This document shows positions 22,248 through 34,060 of a stretch of DNA of 64,000 nt, in pieces. The stretch is taken from NCBI GenBank assembly GCA_048013815.1, contig CM106585.1, forward strand, positions 15,190,001-15,254,000, written 5' to 3'. A program made the position numbers and the translations under genes. Below the pieces are notes generated by a model. The model made no database searches. It was not told the DNA's origin and saw only the letters and a list, made by a program, of their open reading frames with translations. Numbering within the stretch: the first letter of the stretch is position 1; every line of letters begins with the position of its first letter. The stretch comes from Setoptus koraiensis (Eukaryota; Animalia; Arthropoda).

Positions 22248-23881
22248 TCACATGTGGTGCTTCATATTCTCAACTTTCTCTTCGAGCAACCTTATCAGGT
22301 CTAAAGATGTCATCGTGAAACCGCCATTGGCCCAGTCACGCTTGAGGTCGGCTAGGAGGATTTGAATATTCTGTTTTGGAGGGGGTATTTTATTGACGAT
22401 AGCTTTGGTATCGACAGGAAATTCTGGTATGGGCCAGTCCGTGAGCTCACCAACAAGCTCAACCTGCCCACAGTACTTCAGATATTCTAACATTTGTTTC
22501 AATATGATATCCCTTTTAGATTTTGGTTCAAGAGCAAGATGTACTTTGTAATCTTGAAGATCCATTCTACGGTCTCGGTGGGTCAGAACGTAGGCGATAA
22601 AGTCTCTGTCAAAGTTTGACCATTTCATGCGTGCATGTGCGTTGGCTAGTTGTTTGTGAGATCGGATTAGTGTTGCAAACGGGACGACAGATTCAAAGAG
22701 AGAATCAGCCTTATTAGGCATGCTTCTGAGAGCTAAGTCTTGCAATCGTAATTGCACTGCCTTCAAGTCTTCCATAACCACAGCACAATATTTAGCGTAA
22801 TTCTCAGTATCTAATTGATTCAATTCACAACCGGCGCTTGTATCTAAGTCGTGAACTCCTAGCTTGTAGAACAACTTGAGTTCAAGCATCAATTCTACCA
22901 CATTGACAAAAGGCACGTGCTCAAATATCCTCTTCAACTCTGACCAGATCCGTTCACCACTTATGTTATCTAGGCCCTTTCTAGATATGTGGTCGCGCAA
23001 AACCTGTAGAGTCTCATCGTCTGGTCTACCACGACCATATCTAGACCAGAATCTAAAGAATCTCAGAATTCTAAGATAGTCCTCTTCAATTCTCTTATTG
23101 GGGTCACCTACAAACCGAACTCTGCCACTTGCAAGATCGTTTGCACCACCAAAAAAGTCTACTAGTTCACCATCCAGCGTTAAGAACATAGCGTTGAATG
23201 TGAGGTCGCGTCGCTCAGCATCTGCGTGATTGATGGTATTGAATAATTGAGAGAAATTTGAAAATATTCAGTTAGATAAGTTCTCAAGGTTGTCATTAAT
23301 AGGATAATAGATTTGATTGTAGCTATCTCAGTCAAATGCCTCGTATTTAACTTCACATGGTCTGTTGGGCAGGATATCAAGTATCTCTGGCCTAACGAAG
23401 ACGCTTCAGTCTCGTCATCTGTATCTCATCATCGATAGCGTGTGAAAAGGTTTTGTACGCGCCAAGACTTACCTGTTTTCCAATCTTTGACAAATTCTAC
23501 CTCAGCATGACGGCCGTCAGTTACAGTATCGCATCTGAGAGTGGTTATTTCAAATTGTGACCTCCTGTTGATCAAAGCTGTTACGGTGCCATGGCGCTCG
23601 CCAGCCGCGGTGAATATTAATCTCACATTGTCTCGACCATGAAGTAGAGCCTTCGATTCATCCGGAGTGGCCGTGGAGGCGAAATCTATATCGTGGGGAA
23701 GCTTGCCGGATAGCAAATCTCTGACGGCACCACCCGCAATACGAATTTCGTAACCAGCTCCCTGGTACAAATTCTTGATGAAATTGACTTCATCATTTTC
23801 TACCAGTTTCTTGAATAACGCTAACCTTTCGGGTGGCAAAGGCGATCTCGCTGAATCTTTATCGGAAAAAAGACACGCCAT
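22248..23881 (-). CDS. TRNT1: CCA tRNA nucleotidyltransferase copy B (parental), exons 23881-23473 and 23221-22248; 460 aa
   Basis: Same class II motifs as copy A and a 251-nt phase-1 intron. An in-frame TAG lies 13 codons upstream of ATG 23881, so there is no longer N-terminus without an extra exon. Confidence 0.93.
22409..23439 (-). repeat. Right arm of the 1031-bp inverted repeat (partner 17832-18862)
   Basis: Reverse complement of the left arm. Confidence 0.9.
23322..23439 (-). ncRNA. SNORD15: Box C/D snoRNA, SNORD15/U15-like, copy 3 (intron of TRNT1-B)
   Basis: Identical to copy 2 on the minus strand; box C at 23432-23426, box D at 23331-23328. Confidence 0.92.
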
Positions 23882-23970
23882 TGGACGAAATTTTATCGAA
23901 ATATGGTCGATTCCATACTAAGCATCTGCTAAGACAGGTCGTTCATTTCGAGGCAGCAGGCAATTGTACA

Positions 23971-23978
23971 TATCGATA
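23971..23978. promoter_or_regulatory. DRE-like element TATCGATA about 90 bp upstream of the TRNT1-B start
   Basis: Exact match to the arthropod housekeeping-promoter DRE in a plausible position; motif match only. Confidence 0.4.
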
Positions 23979-24168
23979 TGGGCTGAAGCACATGCCTGAA
24001 AAAATATCATTTACCAAGCATGCGCAGAGAACGCACGTGCTCGTTTGGTAAATTTTTGATTTGTCGGGCGCGAAAGTGGCCACTGGGATTATCAGTTTTA
24101 CTTTCTTTCGAAATTAATGTCGGGGTATCTGTGACTATACATAATTATGTTCAGATCTGACTAATTTA

Positions 24169-24585
24169 TTACCTCCTCAAGGAAGTGACAACATTCTTGT
24201 GTTCGAGCAACGGTTTAACGCTAGGTCTGTATGAAGGTGGAAGAAGTTCCTCCTCCAGAGTACACTCATAATCATCGCTGATTTTGTTCTCTTCTTTCTT
24301 GTAGAATTGATCTCGAACTACATCGACGTCCAGCTCAAATGTATCCTTGAGCCTCTTTAATTTTTCCGGTCCAATTTCCACATGATAGATGAAATAGTTT
24401 CCTACCTTGAATGGTTTTCCAGGCACCGGTGATCTCACTTTGATTGGTAAATCTTGAAGTCCTAGAAACTCGATCCTGCGCAAGACTCCGTTGTTGTCCC
24501 ATAGATGATTGGCCACGCGTTTCATACAAGCGACTAGATTTGGCTGAGACATTTTCCTCAACACCAACAAAAGATCATATTTCAT
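24169..24585 (-). CDS. mRpS6: Mitochondrial ribosomal protein S6 (bS6m), 138 aa, intronless
   Basis: MKYDLLLVLRKM...GVLRRIEFLGLQDLP...GNYF...LDVDVVR...ECTLEEELLPPSYRPSV matches arthropod mRpS6 (CTLHEEMLPPAYR-type C-terminal motif). Confidence 0.92.
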   Translation of the reverse strand: MKYDLLLVLRKMSQPNLVACMKRVANHLWDNNGVLRRIEFLGLQDLPIKVRSPVPGKPFKVGNYFIYHVEIGPEKLKRLKDTFELDVDVVRDQFYKKEENKISDDYECTLEEELLPPSYRPSVKPLLEHKNVVTSLRR

Positions 24586-25341
24586 GTTTGAAATATACGT
24601 TAAGTCTGATGGTTGTGGCGGTTGGCAGATGAAAAATTGATGATGATGATATTTATGAATATTATCGAGCTTTCAGGTCAATACTGTGTGGTTTGTGTTC
24701 CAGAATGTAAACTTGTTTTGATCCTACTAGCACTAGTGAATATTGTGTAACAACAACATTACATTGATGATACCTCATTGACCATGTTGAACAGAATTTT
24801 TTCTTTGTAAACCGAAACAAAATGTGCAATATTCATGTTGCCTCCATAGTGAAAGGAGCGAAAACTTGAGCGGGTTTCGTCCGCCAGGGCCGTTTTCAGT
24901 TGCAATTGGCGCAACTGCAATGATTCGTGTCGCTCTGGCGGACAAAAATGAGTTCAGATGTTCTCATAACTATCCCGTCTAACAAATGTGAAGCCATGGC
25001 TATAATACAATACAAACATTGGCACACTGTTCAACCTTCGTTCAGATATCTGTTCCCCCAAAGTGTAATCTGTGCAGTCGTTGTTGCGCAGTACTACGTT
25101 GGCATTATGCTTAAAATCCCAGAGCCGAAGCCCTGAGTAGCATAATATTCATCTTGGTACTTGGCTTTAAGTACTGTTACTATTAATATTATTACCATCA
25201 TTATTATTACATGTATTACTATTATTATTATCACCATAAATCTACTATTACGTCAATATCAACTGCCTAGGGTTGTTAAAGCCTTTGGCCATACTACCAT
25301 CAGTAACTGTCTATTTATAACCGAGTGCGCTCATACCTCAG

Positions 25342-27276
25342 ATGGTTCTCTCAAGGATGGTTTCGAATCTCGTCTTATTATTATCTGTTACATTGCTATT
25401 CACCATATCAATGACCACATATAATGATGCCACCTCTATTCACGATAATTCCCTTGCCATTACTACAAATAGAAAACTCATATGCCACTGTGATACATGC
25501 GAAAACAATAGATGCCTAACTGATGGTGTTTGTTTTGCTCAAGTTTCGTTGATCGACACCAAGAAACATACAACCTATAATTGTCTACATAGAGCAAACG
25601 CTATCTTTTCGGCTGACAATCCAGTGCAATGTTTGAACGCCAACAAATCTATTGAGCACTGGTCAAGGGTTCAATGCTGCAATGAGGATATGTGCAACAA
25701 ACAAATCAAGTTCGATCTGATTGGAGATGGTGGCATCAACACATTTTCTGGCTCGCCACGGATGCTCATTATAGTTGTAGGTGTTGTCGGTCTGAGCGTG
25801 ATTGTGGTTGTTGTTGGCGTCACTACCTTAGGTAGTGACTCAAGCTACGGAATCACATTGAGGAGTAAATTGAGCAAACTAAGCAAAACGGACACTGAAA
25901 CAGGCAGCATCACTAGTCATGACCCACTACTGGCATCCTACCATTCGAGTATAATCAGTCAATCTAATAAATTATCTTCATTACAACAGCAACAACTACT
26001 ACTACAGCAGCAACAACAGCAACAACAGCAGCAGCAGCTCTCACCATCACCACAAATACCCCAGCTACCCCAATTACCCCAAGTACCGCAACTAGCACTA
26101 CTGGCCCAACTGCAGCAGCCACATCAACAACTGCAACAACAATTGCGACAGCATCAGCAACAACAACAACAATTACAGCAGCAGCAACAACAATTCTCTC
26201 AACAGTCTTCTGGACATACTTGCGTTACATCAATAAGAGATCTACTGGAGACCACAACGGGATCGGGTTCTGGTCTGCCTTTGATGATACAACGTAGCAT
26301 TTCTCGTCAGGTAGATCTAATGGAGATAATTGGTTGCGGAAGATATGGCAAAGTTTGGCGCGGAGTTTGGCGCGGCGAATCAGTTGCAGTGAAAGTTTTC
26401 TCTTCTTTAGATGAGCGTAGCTGGTTTAGGGAGGCAGAAATCTATCAAACAACAATGTTGCGACATGAAAACATTTTGGGTTTTATTGCGGCCGACAACA
26501 AGGACGATCTCACATGGACACAACTTTGGTTGGTCACTGAATATCACTCAAATGGATCAGTATTCGATTATTTAAATAAGACCACCATTGATTTGGCTGG
26601 TCTCTTGCGCATGATTTATTCTATCGCAAACGGATTATCTCATTTGCATGCTGAAATATTAGGAATGCAAGGAAAGCCCGCTATAGCTCATAGGGACATC
26701 AAAACAAGAAATATTCTTGTCAAGCTAGACGGGACTTGTGCAATCGCCGATCTCGGTTTGTCTGTCAGATATTTTTCCAGCACTAACACAGTAGATGTGC
26801 CAGTGAATCCGAAGGTTGGTACTAAGCGTTACCTGGCACCTGAGGTGCTTGAGGAGTCAATGAATGCACATAATTTTGATTCATTTAAACGGGCAGACAT
26901 GTACGCTTTCGGGCTAGTTCTGTGGGAAATATTGAGAAGAACTCGAGCAGATTATCCCATCACAAGCAGTTTAAGTCAATTCAGTCAGAGCTCAAATGGT
27001 ATCGATCAAAACGTTGAGAACTATGAAGTACCCTACAAATATCTAGTACCCAACGATCCCACCATAGAGGATCTAAGAACTGTCGTATGTGTTAGGAAAG
27101 TGCGACCCATAATATTGAAGAGATGGACGAAAGATAACATAATGAATGAGGTTGTCAACATAATGCGAGAATGCTGGTATGACAATCCAGCGGCGAGGCT
27201 CACCGCACTCAGAGTGAAGAAAACAATCATCAACCTGAATGAGAGCACATTGAATTGCCAATTGAACTCAACTTAG
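25342..27276 (+). CDS. babo: TGF-beta/activin type I receptor (baboon / ALK4-5-7 class), single exon, 644 aa
   Basis: Signal peptide, Cys-rich ectodomain (CHCDTC...CCNEDMCN), TM helix, GS box [19 protein letters not shown], kinase [11 protein letters not shown] / HRDIKTRN / GTKRYLAPE. The L45 loop ADNKD..TWTQLW is of the ALK5 type. Confidence 0.95.
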   Translation: MVLSRMVSNLVLLLSVTLLFTISMTTYNDATSIHDNSLAITTNRKLICHCDTCENNRCLTDGVCFAQVSLIDTKKHTTYNCLHRANAIFSADNPVQCLNANKSIEHWSRVQCCNEDMCNKQIKFDLIGDGGINTFSGSPRMLIIVVGVVGLSVIVVVVGVTTLGSDSSYGITLRSKLSKLSKTDTETGSITSHDPLLASYHSSIISQSNKLSSLQQQQLLLQQQQQQQQQQQLSPSPQIPQLPQLPQVPQLALLAQLQQPHQQLQQQLRQHQQQQQQLQQQQQQFSQQSSGHTCVTSIRDLLETTTGSGSGLPLMIQRSISRQVDLMEIIGCGRYGKVWRGVWRGESVAVKVFSSLDERSWFREAEIYQTTMLRHENILGFIAADNKDDLTWTQLWLVTEYHSNGSVFDYLNKTTIDLAGLLRMIYSIANGLSHLHAEILGMQGKPAIAHRDIKTRNILVKLDGTCAIADLGLSVRYFSSTNTVDVPVNPKVGTKRYLAPEVLEESMNAHNFDSFKRADMYAFGLVLWEILRRTRADYPITSSLSQFSQSSNGIDQNVENYEVPYKYLVPNDPTIEDLRTVVCVRKVRPIILKRWTKDNIMNEVVNIMRECWYDNPAARLTALRVKKTIINLNESTLNCQLNST

Positions 27277-30124
27277 TCGTCGTTAGGGTATTGAAATTTC
27301 AAAACAATAGTATTTAAATAATATACACGTGAGCAAACCATGAGTAATGCTTTCGAATCTTCATGTATATACTGTCTCTATATGAGTATTGTCACATTGG
27401 GTTGAACGACATGCTATCTTGTTATGTAATATATGTTTTGGTCGCCGTTGCGAGGCCCCAATCTGAGCCGCATCGCTGCAACTGTGTTTGCATGGATGGC
27501 TTAGATTTTATTTTAATCAACTTTGTTATAAAGCTTTTGGCCAGTGAATGTAATATATTAATCTTATTAAACAAAAAGATCTGATCATAAACAAAAACTT
27601 GCATAGATTGATAGATTGACATGAGAAATAGTTGAATCTTAAGTCCGTGTTCATTGAACAGTTGTTTCTTAATCAGAACTCTTGGGTTTGATTTTCCGAA
27701 TGCAACAACAACAGAAGCAGTCTGATAAGACTTTGGAAAGGCAACCTCCTGAACGATTTGAATGGTTAAATTATTATTATTTATTATTGTTGTCGTTCTC
27801 TTGAAAAAGTAGTGGTAGCAAACTTTCATGTGATATAATAATTTGTTGCCGGCATACGATTACTATAATTACAGAACAGGACAGGACAGGACAAGACAAG
27901 ACAGAACAGAACATGACGAGACATGACACATTAGTGAAAGTGAATTACCAATAATAAACTAATTATTACTTTATTATATTAACGACGATTAATCGATGTA
28001 TGTAACTATAATTACTTCCTGCGACACACACACTTAGCTTAATTGTACAAAGACACATACATGAGTGGTAATGGTTGCTGGTCTCGATGGTTACTACAAT
28101 AATAAGCCAGCCCAAGTGCAAGCCATCATGTCGGACATGATAGATTGGGAATATATCATCGCACTTGTGTGGCAACCATTAGCGTTAATAATTTAACTTA
28201 ATCAGGCATCTACCAAGCTGATGGCAACTATATGCAACAACAATTGTTTTCGATGTGTTCTGTTTGAGTCGTCCACATGTGTGCCATTCGAATTCGAAGG
28301 CTGAATAAACATGTTAATGAGTTGTAGACACGGTCGCTGTTACATAACGGTTGTGTGTCGACAGTAAACATACATAAAGTATCGTATATGGTCACCTCTT
28401 GTTGAATTGTAAGTTATTGACTAAGGTTCAACAACACATACATATGTATGAATATCGTTTGCGAATGAGACATTAACTATTTACGACAATCGTTATGACA
28501 GATAGGCAACAGCAACAGTAACAGCAACAACAACGACAACAGCAACAACGACGACGACAACAGCAACAACAAAAAATCGAAAGGGTTCGTTGTTTTGCAA
28601 ACAGGCGACACATATTATGACTAATGTCATGGCGGCGAGTCAAGTTTAATGTCTTCCTTTGAATATAGCCACCACCACCACCAGCACCACTTAAGCCGGC
28701 TAATGCATTCATGTCGGCAATAGCAACAACGACAACAACAACAATATATACCTGTACTGTATTATTGAGTGTCATAAATGAGATTTATATACATACGAGC
28801 ACACAACTGACTGTAACCAATCTAGATTTGAAATTCTCAACAAATGTAAATGTGAATGCGAACTATCTATGGCAAAAGAGAGATAACAGCAAAATGACAA
28901 GACAGGACAAGATAAGATTAGACACCATGTGTCGCCACGAAGTTGCCTGTTGATCTTGATCTCGCTTTTCGTTTCGTTTCGTTTCGTTTCGCTTTCTCTG
29001 GCCATTCTCGGCCATTTACACCGGCCGCCGGATTGATGGGCCAGCAAAGCAGAGCGTCAATGGCCAACAATGGCTCACTCGTCTATTCATAGACGAGCCA
29101 GACGGCCATTGAGAGTCGCTATTGAGGGTCCATTTCGAGCTTCGCTCAACAACCACGCCAGCTCAACAACCACGCCAGCTCAACAACCAAACGGACAGCG
29201 CAAGACAACCATCAAACAACAGAGACAAGAGCCAATCCGTCGGAACAATTTGTCTCCGTTGGCAGTGATGAAACAACGACAACGACAACAACAACAACGG
29301 CATTGGTAAAAATGGAAGAGGACGACGCTACGTCGTCGTCGTCGTCGTCGTCGCAAACCGTTAACAAGAAAGCCTGATTATAATTGCTCACCGTGAGCTG
29401 GCCGCTTGCAGCTTTACCGAGATGTTAATTACCTGTGCAGTTATTGCAATGTAAAGCGAGTCACTCTATATTCATTCGTGCCATTGTGTGTCCGTTCGCT
29501 TAAAAACTGTTAATCTGTCCATCTGTCTGTTTGTCGATCTGTTATAACAATTTCAATAAGTTAAGCTGACATGCTGCCGGCGTGTTGCATATTTACGTGG
29601 AATACATGTTAAATACAAACAACAGCGACATACAAGCGAGAGATTTGCATGTAGTAGCACCAGTTAATCTGCTAATCTACTTGCGCAAATCTGCATGAGC
29701 TAACAACAAGAGCAACGTTGTCAATGTGTTAATGTAACCATTAGGTAGTGGTTGCCTAGCGGTGAACCTAATAACATACATTACATAACCAGCCAGAATT
29801 TGTATTGGGCACACTGGCAGCCACTGGCTGACAATAGCGAGCTCTGTCGACGTGCTCGACGATAACGTTGCATAGTGTCTGTCATAGTGTCTGTCATAGT
29901 GTCTGTCATAGTGTCTGTCATAGTGTTTGCATAGTGTAGGCAGAGCACGAACACCTACGTACGGTATCGCCAATATACCGGTATATCGCGAGACCGTACG
30001 CAGAGAGCTTCGTGGATAGACCAGACTGACCACAGACAGACGGGCCAGAACTATGAATAACTAATTAGATTTACCTGTCGCTGTTGTTGCCGTTGTTGGT
30101 TGGTCGCTCATTACCCACAGCGCT

Positions 30125-30151
30125 TAATTTGTGGCCGTTGTTGTTTGTTGT

Positions 30152-30202
<51 letters not shown>

Positions 30203-30265
30203 GTTGTGGCTGCTTGTTGTTGTTGTTTGTTGTGGCTGCTTGTTGTGGTTGTTTGGCGTGGTTGT
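30125..30265. repeat. (GTT)n microsatellite
   Basis: Long GTT run with GCT/GGT interruptions. Confidence 0.9.
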
Positions 30266-33200
30266 TTGTTTGTCGTGGTTGTTTATTCGTTGTAGACACG
30301 ATGCGCTGTCGTGATGACAGTGAGCCTCGTCTCGCCTGATAACACTGGCCCTCGTGTTGCCGCTGTCTCGATATATTTCATCAAAAAACATAAAACAGAT
30401 GAACAAAAATATCAACGTTGATCGAGAGCCATTCACTTGCAAACTTGCAAAATTGTTAAAATCAATAAGCATACATCGCGGCATGCTGTTTGTTTGCATC
30501 TCTCGCTAATCAATGATTTCCACGATTATCACATGACTGCCAACACATATTACGCAACACAGGCCACCACAAACCACAGACAAGCCAGCAACTCTATTTA
30601 CCTGGCCAGCCGTCTATTTACCTGGCCAGCAGCCTATTTATCAGACAGGCTAAACAAGACATCAGTCAGTGGCTCGAGTGGAGCGGCACGTTGTCAGCCG
30701 AGTCGTGAGGTCAATTTCAGATTGATCAAGACTCCGCCAACGGGCCGGTCAATTTCAGTTGCTATCGTCATAAATCAATCTCTGCTCTGCTTCACATATC
30801 GCTTCACATATCGCTTCACATATCGCTTCACATATTGCTTCATATATTGCTTCATATGTTGCTCGCCCATGCCGGCCAGACTCATCCATTTATTTATCCG
30901 TGCAGATGCCGCCGTTGATTGGCTCGTCATGTATCACAATGTGAGCGCAAGTATCCAATGATGTAACTCCGTATGGTCCGTTAGTTGCTGGCCAATGGCG
31001 ACCCGCGAGCAACCCGCCAGCTAGCTGCCCGAGACCCGCTAGATAGCTGCCCGAGACTTGCACTGCCCACTGGCGGCCCGAGATGAATTGTTGGCGAGCA
31101 AACGGTTGTGGGGATAATTGTTATGTTTGTGCCTGTCATCGTGGCCTCCCGGAGCGAGTAACCTTTCAATTTGTTGCGCTCGTCAATCAATCGCGTGTGT
31201 GTGTGCGTGATGTCCGGCAAACTTGCCAAACTTTATTGGAACTATCATACTTGGCCATCGGTTGTGTCGGACAACCAGATGAGAGCAAAGGATGAGCTGG
31301 CCGTCGCAAATTAAATGGGCAGCGAAAGCGAGCCGAGATGCTGCCGGACGGCTGGCGCAATCGCTCCATCGACGAAGCGCGCCACGCCACCAGGAAGTGC
31401 CGCTGCGTACCCGAGCGGCCGGCTTGCCAACAACTACCTGTGTTACCTGTGCTGCCTGCGTTACCTGTGTTACCTGTGTCAGTGTGTAGTATTGGTCAGT
31501 ATTGTTGTGCCAGTGTTAGTGGTCAGTGTTGTGGCGCCAGTGTTGTTGTGGCCGGCACAGGCGAGCAGCCACAAGCGGGCCTCACCGGCCACTTGTTGCC
31601 GTTGTGCGGCCGATTCAGTTGCCAGTTGCGGCGGACACGGCGCCACACATGGAGTCACCGATACTTTCACTTTGCCAACACTTTCAATTCACTCTCGCTC
31701 TCGTCGGACGGCTTACTTAGCGAGCCAATTTGCGCTTTCGTCATTGGTGGCGGCCACCGCACCAACGACAGCGCCAGCGACAACAAAACGACAACGACAA
31801 AAACGACAAAAACAACAACAACAACGACAACCGCTGTCCGTGTCGGACGGCGACCGATGTGGCCAAAGTGGTGCTCTAATTATCATTCCCGCTCGTAGCT
31901 CGTCGCTCGTTGTGTCTTTATTTGCTGGCACTGGCCAGTTGTGCCAGTTGTGCCGGTTGTGCGACGCACAATGTCAGACCGTTGGCCACTTACCTGTTAG
32001 GTCGCTCGCTGGGGCCGGACTTGAGTTGTTAGCCCGAGATGGGACAGCGACTCAAAATGAACGAGGACACTCTCTCTCTCTCTCTCGCTGTTGGCGAGTC
32101 TCTACTGGCGAGTCGCTATTAGACAGTGACCGTCGCCGGACGAAACAAAACGAATTGCGTTATGTAAGATGGGCCGAGCGGCCGGTCGCGCAAAGCCGAC
32201 ACAAAGTGACCAAACGGGCCATAGACGACCCTACATAAGGCCGTACAGTGGCCCGTTATACATGGATGCACAGAATGGTAATCAATCGACATTATCGTTG
32301 TGTGCAAATGTTGTTGCTGTTGTTGTTTCTGCCAACAACAACAACAACAGCCACGGCAACGGTCGCTCATCAATCAATCAATTCAACCTCAGGTGTGTGT
32401 AGACACAAGAATGACGGATGGATGAGTGACTTTTCGGCGAGCCGGCCGATGTCCGTCTCAATGGTATAACCAGTTCTCGATCTAAGCATGTGATGACTCG
32501 CCTGATTATTGTTATAACTGCCAATAATCAAGCCGATAGAGACGCGTCAGCCGAGAATCCCAACGACGAGACTGGCAACGACGAGACTGGCAACGACGAG
32601 AATTGCAACGACGACTGAGATTTGCGAGAAATAGACTAACTCTCTGGCGCTGTCCGTTGTGTTTACGCTGCCGCCAGCGGTTGTGTTGCAGCCGGCGCCG
32701 ACGGTTGTGTCGTGGCGGGCGTTACGTAACGCCGTTATAACGTAGTTATAAATACGCTGCAATGCAAGCTTGCCTCTGCACGGCAGCCAGCCTCACCTGT
32801 TGGCTGCTGCTTGTTGGCACAAAGTGCCCACTGGCTAGGCGCTATGCATTATGTAATACATATTATACAATAATATTATGTAATATTGCTGCAGTGCGGC
32901 GGCGGCGGCCACAACAGTCACTCGTAACGAGCTGGCCGGCGAGCCGGACCAACCAGCGACAACCAGCAATAAGCAGCGGCAATAGTGACAGAAATAAGAA
33001 ATAGGCACAACAATAACACGCTTGTGCCGCAATTGCAATAACAACAATAACGCTAACAGGTTATAATGACGACGGCGCGACGTAACGGTACAGGCACGGC
33101 TGCCCGTGTGTGCTGACCATTGCTGACCAGTGGCCACTATCAAATCAAAATAATTGCCATCTTCACCTGTGTGAGCAGCACTGTGGGCAGCGTAACTTGC

Positions 33201-33954
33201 GTTACGTTACGTTACGTTACATTACGTTACGTAAGTTACGTTGCCAGTGATGTAAGTGTTGCCAGTGATGCAAGTGTGTCCCTTGTTTTAGGCTCTGTGG
33301 CGTGGAGTGACGGCGCCGCGACTGCAGCGCCAGTGTGTGTCCAATCACAGGGAGTAATTAGAGTGTCTATTAGAATGGGGCAACGCCGGCCAACGTTGGA
33401 CAACGCTGGCAAGGCAAGACTGGCAAGACCGCAATTGAGTGGATTAGCGAAGTAGGCTGACCACCAAACAGCGACATCCGCTGGCGCTGACTGGCGCTGG
33501 AGCTGGCATATTCAATTGTTGGCATCGTTAGTTTCATCATTCTGACACTTTCTAATCATTTATGCACACGAAATAAAATAAAATAAAATAAAATGCATCC
33601 ACGCTCGGGCACCGGCAACCGCACTAAAGTCACTAAAGTCGCAACCTATTATCTGGCTGCCGGCGCCGCTGTTACGCTGTGCCGCTCACCTGCGCTTCAC
33701 CTGGTTTGCTCACGGTGTCTCGCCAGCGCCTTGCCAGCGCCTTGCCAGCGAATCGGCAGCGTGTCGTATTGAGTGTTATTGAGTTAGTCGGTGCATGGGT
33801 TAAGTGTTCTGGTTGTGGCGTGCGCAGCGCCACTCTGGCCCGGTGAGTCTGGGCACGGTGAGTGTGCGCAGGCTTGGGTCAACTCATCGCGCTTATAATT
33901 ACTCTTGTCAATCGCGAACGTTGTCAATGGTTTCAATTTACCAGTGGTGAGTTT

Positions 33955-34060
33955 TATCAACAACAACAGCAACAACGACAACAGCAGCAACAGCAACAAC
34001 GACAACAGCAGCAACAGCAACAACGACAACAGCAGCAACAGCAACAACGACAACAGCAAC
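33955..34060. repeat. 21-bp CAA/CAG/CGA-based tandem repeat (CAGCAACAACGACAACAGCAG), about 4 copies
   Basis: Read directly. Confidence 0.85.

Noticed and set aside
17258-23881. Split CC-adding plus A-adding enzyme pair, as in fission yeast and some bacteria
   Set aside because: Both copies keep the DxD carboxylates, the RCD basic/acidic motif, the full flexible loop (DGRHAEVEF), RRD and EDYLR, so both look like complete CCA enzymes.
25161-25424. Hydrophobic ORF upstream of babo
   Set aside because: It has a TTG start, and its hydrophobicity comes from an ATT/ACC microsatellite; probably 5' UTR.
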